Notes under the pieces: generated by a model
Told to the model about the DNA's origin: nothing
The model's database searches: none
The model's input: only the letters and a program-made list of their open reading frames with translations
Assembly (NCBI GenBank): GCA_045658425.1
Contig: JAZOVB010000231.1
Coordinates: forward strand, 1,284 to 65,283
Length of the DNA stretch: 64,000 bases
Source of the DNA: Clostridia bacterium
GTDB taxonomy: Bacteria; Bacillota; Clostridia; UMGS1840; HGM11507
Direction: 5' to 3'
Shown here: piece after piece, positions 49,496-57,191 of the stretch
Layout: each line of letters starts with the position of its first letter
How positions within the stretch are numbered: the first letter of the stretch is position 1
Translations under genes and position numbers: made by a program

Positions 49496-50263
49496 TTAAA
49501 CTGTTATTCGTTTGTCAAGATATTCAATAAGCATTTTTTTAAAATACTTTATCGGGTCGGCATTTTCGCTTTTTTCCTTAAATTCTGTATATTTATCAAA
49601 CAAGGCTATCAACTTCTTAGCCGTCAAGTATTTCAGTTTGTATTTATGCGGAGAATCAAACACACTTATTATTCCCGCACGCATAAATAACAAACGCAGA
49701 TATGCGGGCTGTGATAATATTTCTATATACTCGTCTGTCAAATTAATTTCAAGCCTTTTAAATACTCGCTGTAATTCTTCTTGTTCTTCCATTCCAAAAT
49801 CTATGCTTGAAATATAATCTTTCAGTCCTTGTATTTTATTATTATATATTTTATTATTTGTGTTAAAATTTTTGTCCTCTTGTGGTGCAGATTTTTTATT
49901 ACTTGTTGTTAAAAAATTTAACTGCTGTAAATTCTGCGGGTTTTGTCTCGCTTTTTCTAATTTGTCGAATAATTTTGAAATACTTTCAAAATTGATTTTA
50001 AAATGTCTTTTGGCGGGTATTCCCTTTGATACAACATATAAAACATTAAGCTCTGCAAGTGTATTTATTGCCTTTCTTTGTTCGTGTCCTGACAGACAAG
50101 TTTCATTTTCTAAATGCTCAACAGTAGAGTAAAAGTAGCCGTCCTCTGTCAATGTTCCTTTATCTTTATAATAATTATATTCACTTATTAACTGCATAAG
50201 CAAGACGGTTGCATTTATGCCGTATTGCTTTTGCAAGTGGTTTGTTAATATGCCAATACCCAC
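49496..50263 (-). CDS. replication-initiator/replisome-organizer-like winged-helix protein (RepA_N-like); the 5' end is possibly frameshifted (true start may be 50302)
   Basis: GINATVLLMQLISEYNYYKDKGTLTEDGYFYSTVEHLENETCLSGHEQRKAINTL resembles Firmicute RepA_N/DnaD-like initiators. The track start is a GTG. A 41-aa ORF from ATG 50302 with a GGGGGAAT RBS encodes the expected N-terminus in another frame. Confidence 0.55.
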   Translation of the reverse strand: MGIGILTNHLQKQYGINATVLLMQLISEYNYYKDKGTLTEDGYFYSTVEHLENETCLSGHEQRKAINTLAELNVLYVVSKGIPAKRHFKINFESISKLFDKLEKARQNPQNLQQLNFLTTSNKKSAPQEDKNFNTNNKIYNNKIQGLKDYISSIDFGMEEQEELQRVFKRLEINLTDEYIEILSQPAYLRLLFMRAGIISVFDSPHKYKLKYLTAKKLIALFDKYTEFKEKSENADPIKYFKKMLIEYLDKRITV

Positions 50264-50527
50264 CCTGTGATAATGTGTATGTTAAAATATTTTCACAACT
50301 CATTTTTATTCCCCCTTAAAAACTCAACGCCTTAAAATGCGTTTTAACAGCTTTTCTAAAACTTTTAATATAAAATTATACCTCGCATATAAAAAGGCAA
50401 TAATATGCCTTTTTGTGCCTTTAAAATGCACAGTATTTTTCGTGTGAATTATATAATAAAATATTAAATAATACAACAATTTAGTAAAAAGTTTTGAAAA
50501 GTTGTTCTAACTGCTAACAAAAAAATT

Positions 50528-50560
50528 ATAGCAGTAGGTCTCATTTATGCCTACTGCTAT
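50528..50560 (-). terminator. terminator of the J-domain gene
   Basis: ATAGCAGTAGG/CCTACTGCTAT, a perfect 11-bp stem 7 nt after the stop. The A-run at 50519-50525 gives the U-tract. Confidence 0.75.
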
Positions 50561-50566
50561 TTTGAT

Positions 50567-51082
50567 TTATGCGGTTTTATTTTCTAGTTTGTCTGTACCT
50601 TTGCTGTATGCTTTACCGCTTGTACCATACATTTCACGAATTTCGTCAAACTCATAATTTTTACGGCTTTTACATCTGTAATTTTCAGGTTTTAGAAACC
50701 ACGCTGTTTTTTTACTGTGCCATTGAAATTTTAATTCTTTCAACTTATCTTTGTACGCTTTGGTGTTTCCTGTTACCCACACGAAACAACCGATAATTTC
50801 GATTTCTATATCGTCCATTTTCATTAACTCATTTATTAAGTCTTTGAATTGGTCGGATGTTTCTGTTGATGTCTGTTTCGCCGTATAAGTTTCACCATCT
50901 TTCGTTTGATGTATGTCTTTGAGAAATTTAAACAGCTTGTCATATTCATTGTTGACAGCTTTCATTTTCTCGGCATCACCGCCTTTGTCGGGGTGGTGCA
51001 TAAATACCAACTTTCTATATTGCTTTTTTAACTCTTCTAGCGTTTTTGGTGTTGGTGTAAAATAATTTAAAACTTCTCTCAT
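50567..51082 (-). CDS. J-domain protein (DnaJ-like co-chaperone domain only) carried by the mobile element
   Basis: 171 aa. LKKQYRKLVFMHHPDKGGDAEKMKAVNNEYDKLF carries the HPD tripeptide. The C-terminal half has no Zn-finger or CTD of true DnaJ. Confidence 0.8.
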   Translation of the reverse strand: MREVLNYFTPTPKTLEELKKQYRKLVFMHHPDKGGDAEKMKAVNNEYDKLFKFLKDIHQTKDGETYTAKQTSTETSDQFKDLINELMKMDDIEIEIIGCFVWVTGNTKAYKDKLKELKFQWHSKKTAWFLKPENYRCKSRKNYEFDEIREMYGTSGKAYSKGTDKLENKTA

Positions 51083-51092
51083 TTCAATTCCT

Positions 51093-51288
51093 CCTATACT
51101 TTGAATTTTTAAATATTAAGTTGTCAATGTTCGTAGCAATATAAAAACACGATCAAAAAAGACAAGTCAACAGAAACATGGAATAACGAAGCAAAGCGAG
51201 TATATGCCGTGAAAGTCTGTTTACTTGGCTTTTTGCCGTGTTATCTTGCAAGCAGAACATGACACAATAGTTAAAAATTGAGTATAGG
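51093..51288. other. ~200-nt imperfect hairpin covering the whole leader of the J-domain gene; its base abuts the SD
   Basis: Paired segments include CCTATACT (51093-51100)/AGTATAGG (51281-51288), AATTTTTAA/TTAAAAATT, TTGTCAATGTTC/GAACATGACACAA, AACACG/CGTGTT, CAAAAA/TTTTTG, CAAGT/ACTTG and AACAGA/TCTGTT. The SD GGAGG is the complement of 51090-51094. Confidence 0.6.
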
Positions 51289-51324
51289 AAATTATGATAA
51301 GTTTTGTTTTTATACAAACAAAAA

Positions 51325-51347
51325 CAGGCGTATAAATTAAACGCCTG
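51325..51347 (-). terminator. terminator of the M48 protease gene
   Basis: CAGGCGT/ACGCCTG stem 18 nt after the stop, followed on the minus strand by TTTTTGTTTG. Confidence 0.6.
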
Positions 51348-51364
51348 CTTTCGATAGTTTATAT

Positions 51365-52270
51365 TTATGCCCTACACATATTTTCAAGAGCTTCTATTCT
51401 AAAAGCTGTTTTCGGGTGTGATGATTGCAATTTTTCAAGCAAATTTCTCTTGTCTGATATTTCCATATCATAAAATTTATACAAGGCTGACAATAAGGCT
51501 TCGCCGTACCCTAATTCAAAAGCTACTTTGTCTGCTCTGTATTCTTCTTTACGACTTGTAGAAGATACTATAATTGTTAGAAACATCATTGCATATTTTA
51601 ACCCAATACTTAAAATGTTTTTCAAAAAGCCTATAAGACTTCCAAAGAAAGAGTTATCGCCTAGCATAATTTGTAACATCTGCAACACCTTTACAAAAAT
51701 CATTACACCCCCAAAGTACACATTAGAGGCTAGCGATACAAAAACTGACACCTGCCCGTCTCCGTTTATAATATGACCGATTTCGTGAGATATAACAGCC
51801 TCTATTTCTTCGTCATTCATTGTTTCCATTAGTCCACGAGTAACTGCTATTGTATGTCTGCCAATGGCAAAAGCATTTACATTTACGCTGTCTACAATAT
51901 ATAATTTTAATTCATAATCTATCATTTTGCTATATGCTGTGCCACGCTCTTTTACACTTTCAAATATATTTAAAAGCCTTTCTTTTTCCGTATCTGTCGC
52001 AATATGTCTCACATCATATATCGCCCTCAAAATATACTCGGGCAAATTTGTCAAACAAAGTATTATAAGCAATATGTAAATCATAGCCAAAGTTATATTT
52101 ACACTTATAGGTAATTGAATATTAAACCAAAACAAAAAATAACTTGCTATTAGTAACAATAGTAACCGAGGTCTAACGGCAAAAATTGTAAATGGGTTTG
52201 GCTCAGGTTTACCTCTGTGCTCTTCTGGAATAAGTAAAACTTTTTCTAAATTTTGTATAATTTTTGACAT
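51365..52270 (-). CDS. M48-family (HtpX-like) membrane zinc metalloprotease
   Basis: 301 aa. HEIGHIINGD (HExxH), N-terminal and central TM segments, C-terminal EYRADK. Confidence 0.8.
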   Translation of the reverse strand: MSKIIQNLEKVLLIPEEHRGKPEPNPFTIFAVRPRLLLLLIASYFLFWFNIQLPISVNITLAMIYILLIILCLTNLPEYILRAIYDVRHIATDTEKERLLNIFESVKERGTAYSKMIDYELKLYIVDSVNVNAFAIGRHTIAVTRGLMETMNDEEIEAVISHEIGHIINGDGQVSVFVSLASNVYFGGVMIFVKVLQMLQIMLGDNSFFGSLIGFLKNILSIGLKYAMMFLTIIVSSTSRKEEYRADKVAFELGYGEALLSALYKFYDMEISDKRNLLEKLQSSHPKTAFRIEALENMCRA

Positions 52271-52285
52271 AATATAAATTCTCCC

Positions 52286-53530
52286 TTAAAATGGTTTTAT
52301 AACTTTTATTTTTTCACATCTCCCGTCATCCCTTGACAGAAAAACGCCCTCGCCTTTTTTAAACGATTTGATTTCGTCAGGGTGTACAATAAATTCTCGT
52401 ACTCGTTTTGCTGTCCCCATACCTGTTTCTTCTCTTTGATTTAACTGATATGTTAACTGCATCTTTTCATGTGTTCCCAAGGTTTTCGACCATTCCTCAG
52501 CACTCCTAAAACTGTTTTGCCTCATAATGACATAATTGTTGCAATTTTCTATAATCTGATGTTTAAACGCTTCACCTACTGCTGATTCAAGGTCCGCAAG
52601 ACTTTGCGTTGCACATACACAAGTAACACCTGCACTTCTGCTCTTGTTGATTAAGTCAATAAGCACAGAAGAAGCATATACATTTATTTCGTCAAAGACA
52701 AAGAAACTACGATGGTTGCTGTTGAATAATTGGCTCACAGCTTTTTTGCTGTCTATCAAAATTAAACGCCCCAAAGCCTGTGATGTTTCAGGGTAGATTA
52801 GTGGGTTTAAAATAAAAAGTATTACCGCACCAGTTTTCAACGCTGAATATATATCTATTCCATTTTCGTCAAAGATTTCTCCCATCTCACTTTCTGCAAT
52901 TGTTGCAAATCGTGCTGAAGCCTGTTCTGTTATTTTTCCACTTGCTTTTATTAAATGTAAATTTTCAATATGATTTTCTTTTGTTATCAAACTATTTTTT
53001 TGTAAAACGGCTGATAAACTTTCAAAATTATCTGCTGACATATTTTGAATTATTGATTTGAAAGACAACGGAATTTCTGCAATATTCATTAGCTTTACAA
53101 CTCGCTGTATGTATCTTTCTGTATTGGTTTTATAATGTGGTTCGCTCCATTCCGTCATGTTTATCAACATATCTTTTGCAACGGTTTCTGTTGCATTTTT
53201 AAGTGGGTTATACTTTGCAGATTTTGTAGGCTCGTTCATATTGATTACATAAAGCGGTCTGTTATGCCTTTCACAAAATGCCTTTGTGATTTCATACATA
53301 GAACCTTGTCCTGTATCTCCTTTTTCGTCAACTAACAACAATCCTATACCTTTTTCGATGCTGTGCAAAATAAAATTTGATAATAATACAGTTTTACCCG
53401 CTCCCGTTGTACCTGATACAAAAATGTGTTTTGCGTTATCAGGACAATATATAGCCTTTTTTAATCTTGTATAACCAATTAAAGTTGAATTTTCTTTATT
53501 AACAGGACTACTCATATAATCTACCCCCAT
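52286..53530 (-). CDS. TraG/TraD/VirD4-like coupling-protein ATPase domain (soluble part)
   Basis: 414 aa. Walker A VSGTTGAGKTV, Walker B FFVFDEINVYA, CATQSLADL. No TM segments of its own. Confidence 0.65.
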   Translation of the reverse strand: MGVDYMSSPVNKENSTLIGYTRLKKAIYCPDNAKHIFVSGTTGAGKTVLLSNFILHSIEKGIGLLLVDEKGDTGQGSMYEITKAFCERHNRPLYVINMNEPTKSAKYNPLKNATETVAKDMLINMTEWSEPHYKTNTERYIQRVVKLMNIAEIPLSFKSIIQNMSADNFESLSAVLQKNSLITKENHIENLHLIKASGKITEQASARFATIAESEMGEIFDENGIDIYSALKTGAVILFILNPLIYPETSQALGRLILIDSKKAVSQLFNSNHRSFFVFDEINVYASSVLIDLINKSRSAGVTCVCATQSLADLESAVGEAFKHQIIENCNNYVIMRQNSFRSAEEWSKTLGTHEKMQLTYQLNQREETGMGTAKRVREFIVHPDEIKSFKKGEGVFLSRDDGRCEKIKVIKPF

Positions 53531-53948
53531 TTGCTGTAAATTTCCGCTCTAATGACATAATTCCCGCTTGTTCTTTTTTGCGGTTGTACCTCATACGCTT
53601 TACTGTGTATGAGGCAACTGCAAAAGATACCGCCGTTAATATAAACCAGCTTGTCAAACTATATTGACTATAAACCGATATATTAAAATTATGGTTTAAA
53701 AGCCCTTTGACAAGAGCAACGGCAACTTGTGTTGTTTCTTCTAAAAACACCCCCATTTTAGTACATAATATTACAAACAACACAACACAAGGAAACAACA
53801 CAAAGTTTTCTTTTCTGTCTGTTCTCAACATCAAAAAAACAAACAAAATATTAAATGGTAATATCGGTAAACATATCAATATTGCAAGTGCCGATATTAT
53901 CACATCAAAAACAGTAATCTGCTTTTGTTCTTTAAACTCTTCTGACAT
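53508..53948 (-). CDS. small integral membrane protein (possible membrane anchor of the coupling ATPase)
   Basis: 146 aa with 3-4 hydrophobic helices. Its 3' end overlaps the ATPase gene start by 23 nt. Confidence 0.5.
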   Translation of the reverse strand: MSEEFKEQKQITVFDVIISALAILICLPILPFNILFVFLMLRTDRKENFVLFPCVVLFVILCTKMGVFLEETTQVAVALVKGLLNHNFNISVYSQYSLTSWFILTAVSFAVASYTVKRMRYNRKKEQAGIMSLERKFTANGGRLYE

Positions 53949-54558
53949 ATTCCATCACCTTTTCTAACGGCGTTATTTTTACGCCATATTTTTCACCTAT
54001 AACTTTTACATTATCAACAACCTTTTGTCTGTCGCTTGGAATAAACCAAAGCTGAAAATCAAAAATTTTGTAATTATTCTTTATATTCTTTTCAAGAGTT
54101 ATTGGCTTTTTTGCTGACAACTCAATTTCTACGCAATAGATTTTATAGTCTTTTGTATATTCAAAGTCGGGAAAGTGTTTAGGATTACCAAACCCCGCTT
54201 TATGTTTCATTTCTCGTTCAGTTGTAATGCTTGATTTTTCTACACCCTCATTATTTATCAAATATATAGCGGTATCAATTACAGCTATATCATGCGTTAT
54301 CTGTTCTATTCTTACATTCGGGGTGTAATATTCCAAGTCAAGCAATCTTTCTGCTCTTTTTGTAACAAAATAAAGTCTTGGAACGCCATACAAAAAATGC
54401 TTTCTTTCTATATAGCCTGCTTCTATCAGCTTTTTTAATCTCCTATCACATGCACGCTGACCGCTAAAACCACATAAGACTTTTATTTGTCTTGAAAGTA
54501 AAAAACGCCATTTTTGAATTTCTTTAATAATAGCTATATCTCTTTCCATTAAAACCAT
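53932..54558 (-). CDS. replication-relaxation (Replic_Relax) family protein
   Basis: 208 aa. RDIAIIKEIQKWRFLLSRQIKVLCGFSGQRACDRRLKKLIEAGYIER is the winged-helix N-terminus typical of the family. Confidence 0.65.
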   Translation of the reverse strand: MVLMERDIAIIKEIQKWRFLLSRQIKVLCGFSGQRACDRRLKKLIEAGYIERKHFLYGVPRLYFVTKRAERLLDLEYYTPNVRIEQITHDIAVIDTAIYLINNEGVEKSSITTEREMKHKAGFGNPKHFPDFEYTKDYKIYCVEIELSAKKPITLEKNIKNNYKIFDFQLWFIPSDRQKVVDNVKVIGEKYGVKITPLEKVMEYVRRV

Positions 54559-54571
54559 ATAAAACCACCTT

Positions 54572-54745
54572 TCAAATTTCGCTTTCGTTTAAATATTCGA
54601 TAAATTTTTCATAATTTATCAAATATTTCGCCCCTGCTTTACGATAGACAATTTTGTCTTGTAAACACAATTGCCTTATGTAATGCACGGCTAAACCTGT
54701 CCGTTTTGCTGTTTCTTTAATTGTCAACATCGTTGGTACTGTCAT
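54572..54745 (-). CDS. excisionase-family HTH protein (Xis-like)
   Basis: 57 aa, below the track cutoff. My translation is MTVPTMLTIKETAKRTGLAVHYIRQLCLQDKIVYRKAGAKYLINYEKFIEYLNESEI. GGGAGGGG RBS upstream. Confidence 0.6.
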   Translation of the reverse strand: MTVPTMLTIKETAKRTGLAVHYIRQLCLQDKIVYRKAGAKYLINYEKFIEYLNESEI

Positions 54746-54795
54746 AACATTTCCCCTCCCTTCATAATTTCAACAAGCCACCAAGTAAATTATTG

Positions 54796-54824
54796 TTGAC
54801 TTGTTTTCGTTTTTAGTATATAAT
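54796..54824 (+). promoter_or_regulatory. sigma-A-type promoter for the XRE/integrase unit, with a flanking 9-bp inverted repeat
   Basis: TTGACT (54796-54801), 17-nt spacer, TATAAT (54819-54824). GTTGACTTG overlaps the -35 and its complement CAAGTCAAC lies at about 54842-54850. Confidence 0.55.
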
Positions 54825-54913
54825 AATTATAGACATAATTCAAGTCAACTAAAATATTTATAAATCACCAAAAGATATTAATAGTAAATTATAATTAACG
54901 AAAGGAATTGAAA

Positions 54914-55573
54914 ATGGATACCAAACTCACAGCAAAACGGCTTAAAAAACTAAGAAAAGAAGCAGGGTATTCTCACGAACGCTTAGCTGCAACTCTAATA
55001 GAAAAATATAACATAAAGATTACGCCCGCATCATTAAAAAAATATGAAATTTCAGAACAACCACATAGCAATTATGGTGCTGTAAAAGGTATGCGTATTG
55101 AGTATCTATATATGTTTGCCGATTTTTACAATGTATCAAGTGACTATATTTTAGGTTTTACAAATTCTACAAATAGAAATATAACAGCAAAACACATTAC
55201 AGATAAAACAGGCCTTTCAAGTAAAGCAGTTGAAAATTTAGAAATGCTATATAAAACAGAAGTTGGGTGCATACCGCCTTATTTAGTTATTGACTATATG
55301 CTATCAAATCAAGAGTTTATAGAAAACTACCCCAATACAATAATTAGCTATTATCTTGCTAAAAAAATGAGTGATAAAAAATTTAACACTTCAACACCTG
55401 AATATTATAATACCCAATGGAACATTGAAAGCATAGAATTCAAAAAATATTTATCAATACAACGAATGGAACGCTTAATTGATAACTTTTATAATAATTA
55501 TGTTAATTATGATATTGAAGAGGAACTATCGTTATTGAGAAAGGATGAAGAAGATGGCAATGAAAATGAATAG
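54914..55573 (+). CDS. XRE-family HTH regulator (element repressor-like)
   Basis: LTAKRLKKLRKEAGYSHERLAATL plus the following helix. ATG 54914 follows AAAGGA; the track starts at TTG 54908. Confidence 0.7.
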   Translation: MDTKLTAKRLKKLRKEAGYSHERLAATLIEKYNIKITPASLKKYEISEQPHSNYGAVKGMRIEYLYMFADFYNVSSDYILGFTNSTNRNITAKHITDKTGLSSKAVENLEMLYKTEVGCIPPYLVIDYMLSNQEFIENYPNTIISYYLAKKMSDKKFNTSTPEYYNTQWNIESIEFKKYLSIQRMERLIDNFYNNYVNYDIEEELSLLRKDEEDGNENE

Positions 55574-57005
55574 CGGTTTGCCGTCAGGCGTTTCTGCTGT
55601 AAAAGACCGCCCCGGTCTTTATCGTATCAGATGTGCAGTACACGGCAAAAATTACAGCGAATATTACAGAACAGAAGAAATAAGCAAAAAGAAACTGCAA
55701 AGTGAACTGCAAAAGGTTGTTGACTCATTCAAGGAACGAATTGAGTGTGGAATGCTTAAAAATAATGACATAAGCGAAAAAAGTACATTTGAGCAAGCTG
55801 TTGAATGGTTTGTTAATATGCGAAAACTCAACATTCGGGAAAGCACACAACTAACCGACAAATTTATTTTTGAGCATTATCTTATCCCCCGCATTGGCAA
55901 GTATAAACTTAAAGAAATAACCTCGCCTATGGTTACAAAGCTATTAGCAGAGCTGTTGGAAAAAGGCGGTGGCGGGCGGGCTACATATAATGCAAAACCC
56001 GAATTTATAGAATTAATGCACGAAAGAAAACCCAAAAGAACTGACGGCGGTTTTAATCTTGTTGCTCGGGAAATAGGTATAAATGAAGATACTACATTTA
56101 TAAGAGTAAGAAAAGGCGGGAACTGTAACGAAGATGTTGCAAAAAGAGTTGCTAAATATTACGGCGTATCACTTGGCACAGCCTTTGACAAAAAAGAAGA
56201 TATAAAACCGTTGTCGGCTTCTTATGTTTCAAAAATCACTTACACGCTGTCAGCCCTTTTCACAGCTTGCGTTAAAAATGGCGTTTTACTTACTAACCCT
56301 GTTGCCAATGCGACAAAACCCCGCATTGGCGAAATGGATATACCCCCATATCTTGATAATACAACTATACCAATATTCTTAAATGCACTAAATGAAATCA
56401 ATATTGATAATTCAATATGCGTTTCACTGATACTGATGTTAATGCTTGGTTTGAGAAGCGGGGAAGCTCGGGCGTTGCGTTGGGTAGATGTTGACTTTAA
56501 TTCAAATGTTGTCAGCATTGAAAAGAATGTAGGCGATACATTCAACGGGTTAGCCTTAACCGATTTGAAAACAAAAAGGTCAAGGCGTAAATTACCACTT
56601 TCGCCGTTACTAAAAGATATATTATTAAACCATAAAAATATATTAGATAAAAAAGCCGACCAACATGGAAAAACTTGGAACAAAAACGGTGTCATATGTC
56701 CTAACGCAATGGGCGGGCTAATGGAAAAGGCTGTGCCGAATAAGGCGATAAAAAAGATATTGAACAAAAATAAAGAATTACCCCAAGGGCTTCATGCTCA
56801 TTCTTTACGGCATAGTTTTGTATCTTTGCTAATTTCAAACGGTCTTGATGTTGTAAATGTTGCCTCACTTGCGGGTGATACAATAGAAATTATAAGCAAA
56901 CATTATGCCCATAGTTTTGCAGAGCGTAGAGCCGCCGCAATGAATATTGTCGGCGACTCGTTCGCACAACTTAATAACAGCAACAATTATTTAAAAATTT
57001 CATAA
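55545..57005 (+). CDS. int: tyrosine site-specific integrase with an ~80-aa insertion in the core-binding region
   Basis: 486 aa. LRSGEARALRW (Arg I), HSLRHSF (H-x-x-R), ISKHYAH (catalytic Tyr). N-terminal arm-binding-like GLYRIRCAVHGKNYSEYY. Confidence 0.9.
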   Translation: MKKMAMKMNSGLPSGVSAVKDRPGLYRIRCAVHGKNYSEYYRTEEISKKKLQSELQKVVDSFKERIECGMLKNNDISEKSTFEQAVEWFVNMRKLNIRESTQLTDKFIFEHYLIPRIGKYKLKEITSPMVTKLLAELLEKGGGGRATYNAKPEFIELMHERKPKRTDGGFNLVAREIGINEDTTFIRVRKGGNCNEDVAKRVAKYYGVSLGTAFDKKEDIKPLSASYVSKITYTLSALFTACVKNGVLLTNPVANATKPRIGEMDIPPYLDNTTIPIFLNALNEINIDNSICVSLILMLMLGLRSGEARALRWVDVDFNSNVVSIEKNVGDTFNGLALTDLKTKRSRRKLPLSPLLKDILLNHKNILDKKADQHGKTWNKNGVICPNAMGGLMEKAVPNKAIKKILNKNKELPQGLHAHSLRHSFVSLLISNGLDVVNVASLAGDTIEIISKHYAHSFAERRAAAMNIVGDSFAQLNNSNNYLKIS

Positions 57006-57012
57006 AAGTATA

Positions 57013-57043
57013 AAACGCCTTTGTCCCAAAATGACAAGGCGTT
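57013..57043 (+). terminator. integrase terminator running into attR
   Basis: AACGCCTTTGTC/GACAAGGCGTT stem followed by a T-run (57042-57047) that abuts the repeat. Confidence 0.7.
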
Positions 57044-57046
57044 TTT

Positions 57047-57070
57047 TGTAGTCAATTTTGTGGTCAAAAA
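57047..57070 (+). repeat. attR core (direct repeat)
   Basis: TGTAGTCAATTTTGTGGTCAAAAA. An inverted partial copy GACCACAA lies 29 nt to the right. Confidence 0.7.
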
Positions 57071-57128
57071 GTTGTAAAAAGTAGCTAAAATTTAGACCAC
57101 AACGCAAAAAGTTACAAAAAGCAAAAAC

Positions 57129-57161
57129 GCCGTAAAGCCTTATTTTGCAAGGGTTTACGGC
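57129..57161 (-). terminator. terminator of guaA
   Basis: GCCGTAAA/TTTACGGC stem with extra partial pairs. The minus strand continues GTTTTTGC. Lies 30 nt after the guaA stop. Confidence 0.65.
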
Positions 57162-57191
57162 ATTTTATTAAAATTTACAAAACCTCAAATT

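Larger units (their letters stand above)
46905..57070 (+). mobile_element. ~10.2-kb integrative mobilizable element (IME) flanked by 24-nt direct repeats
   Basis: Direct repeat TGTAGTCAA(A/T)TTTGTGGTCAAAAA at both ends. The tyrosine integrase gene abuts the right repeat. Also Xis-like HTH, XRE, Replic_Relax, coupling-protein-like ATPase and Rep-like genes. Confidence 0.75.
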
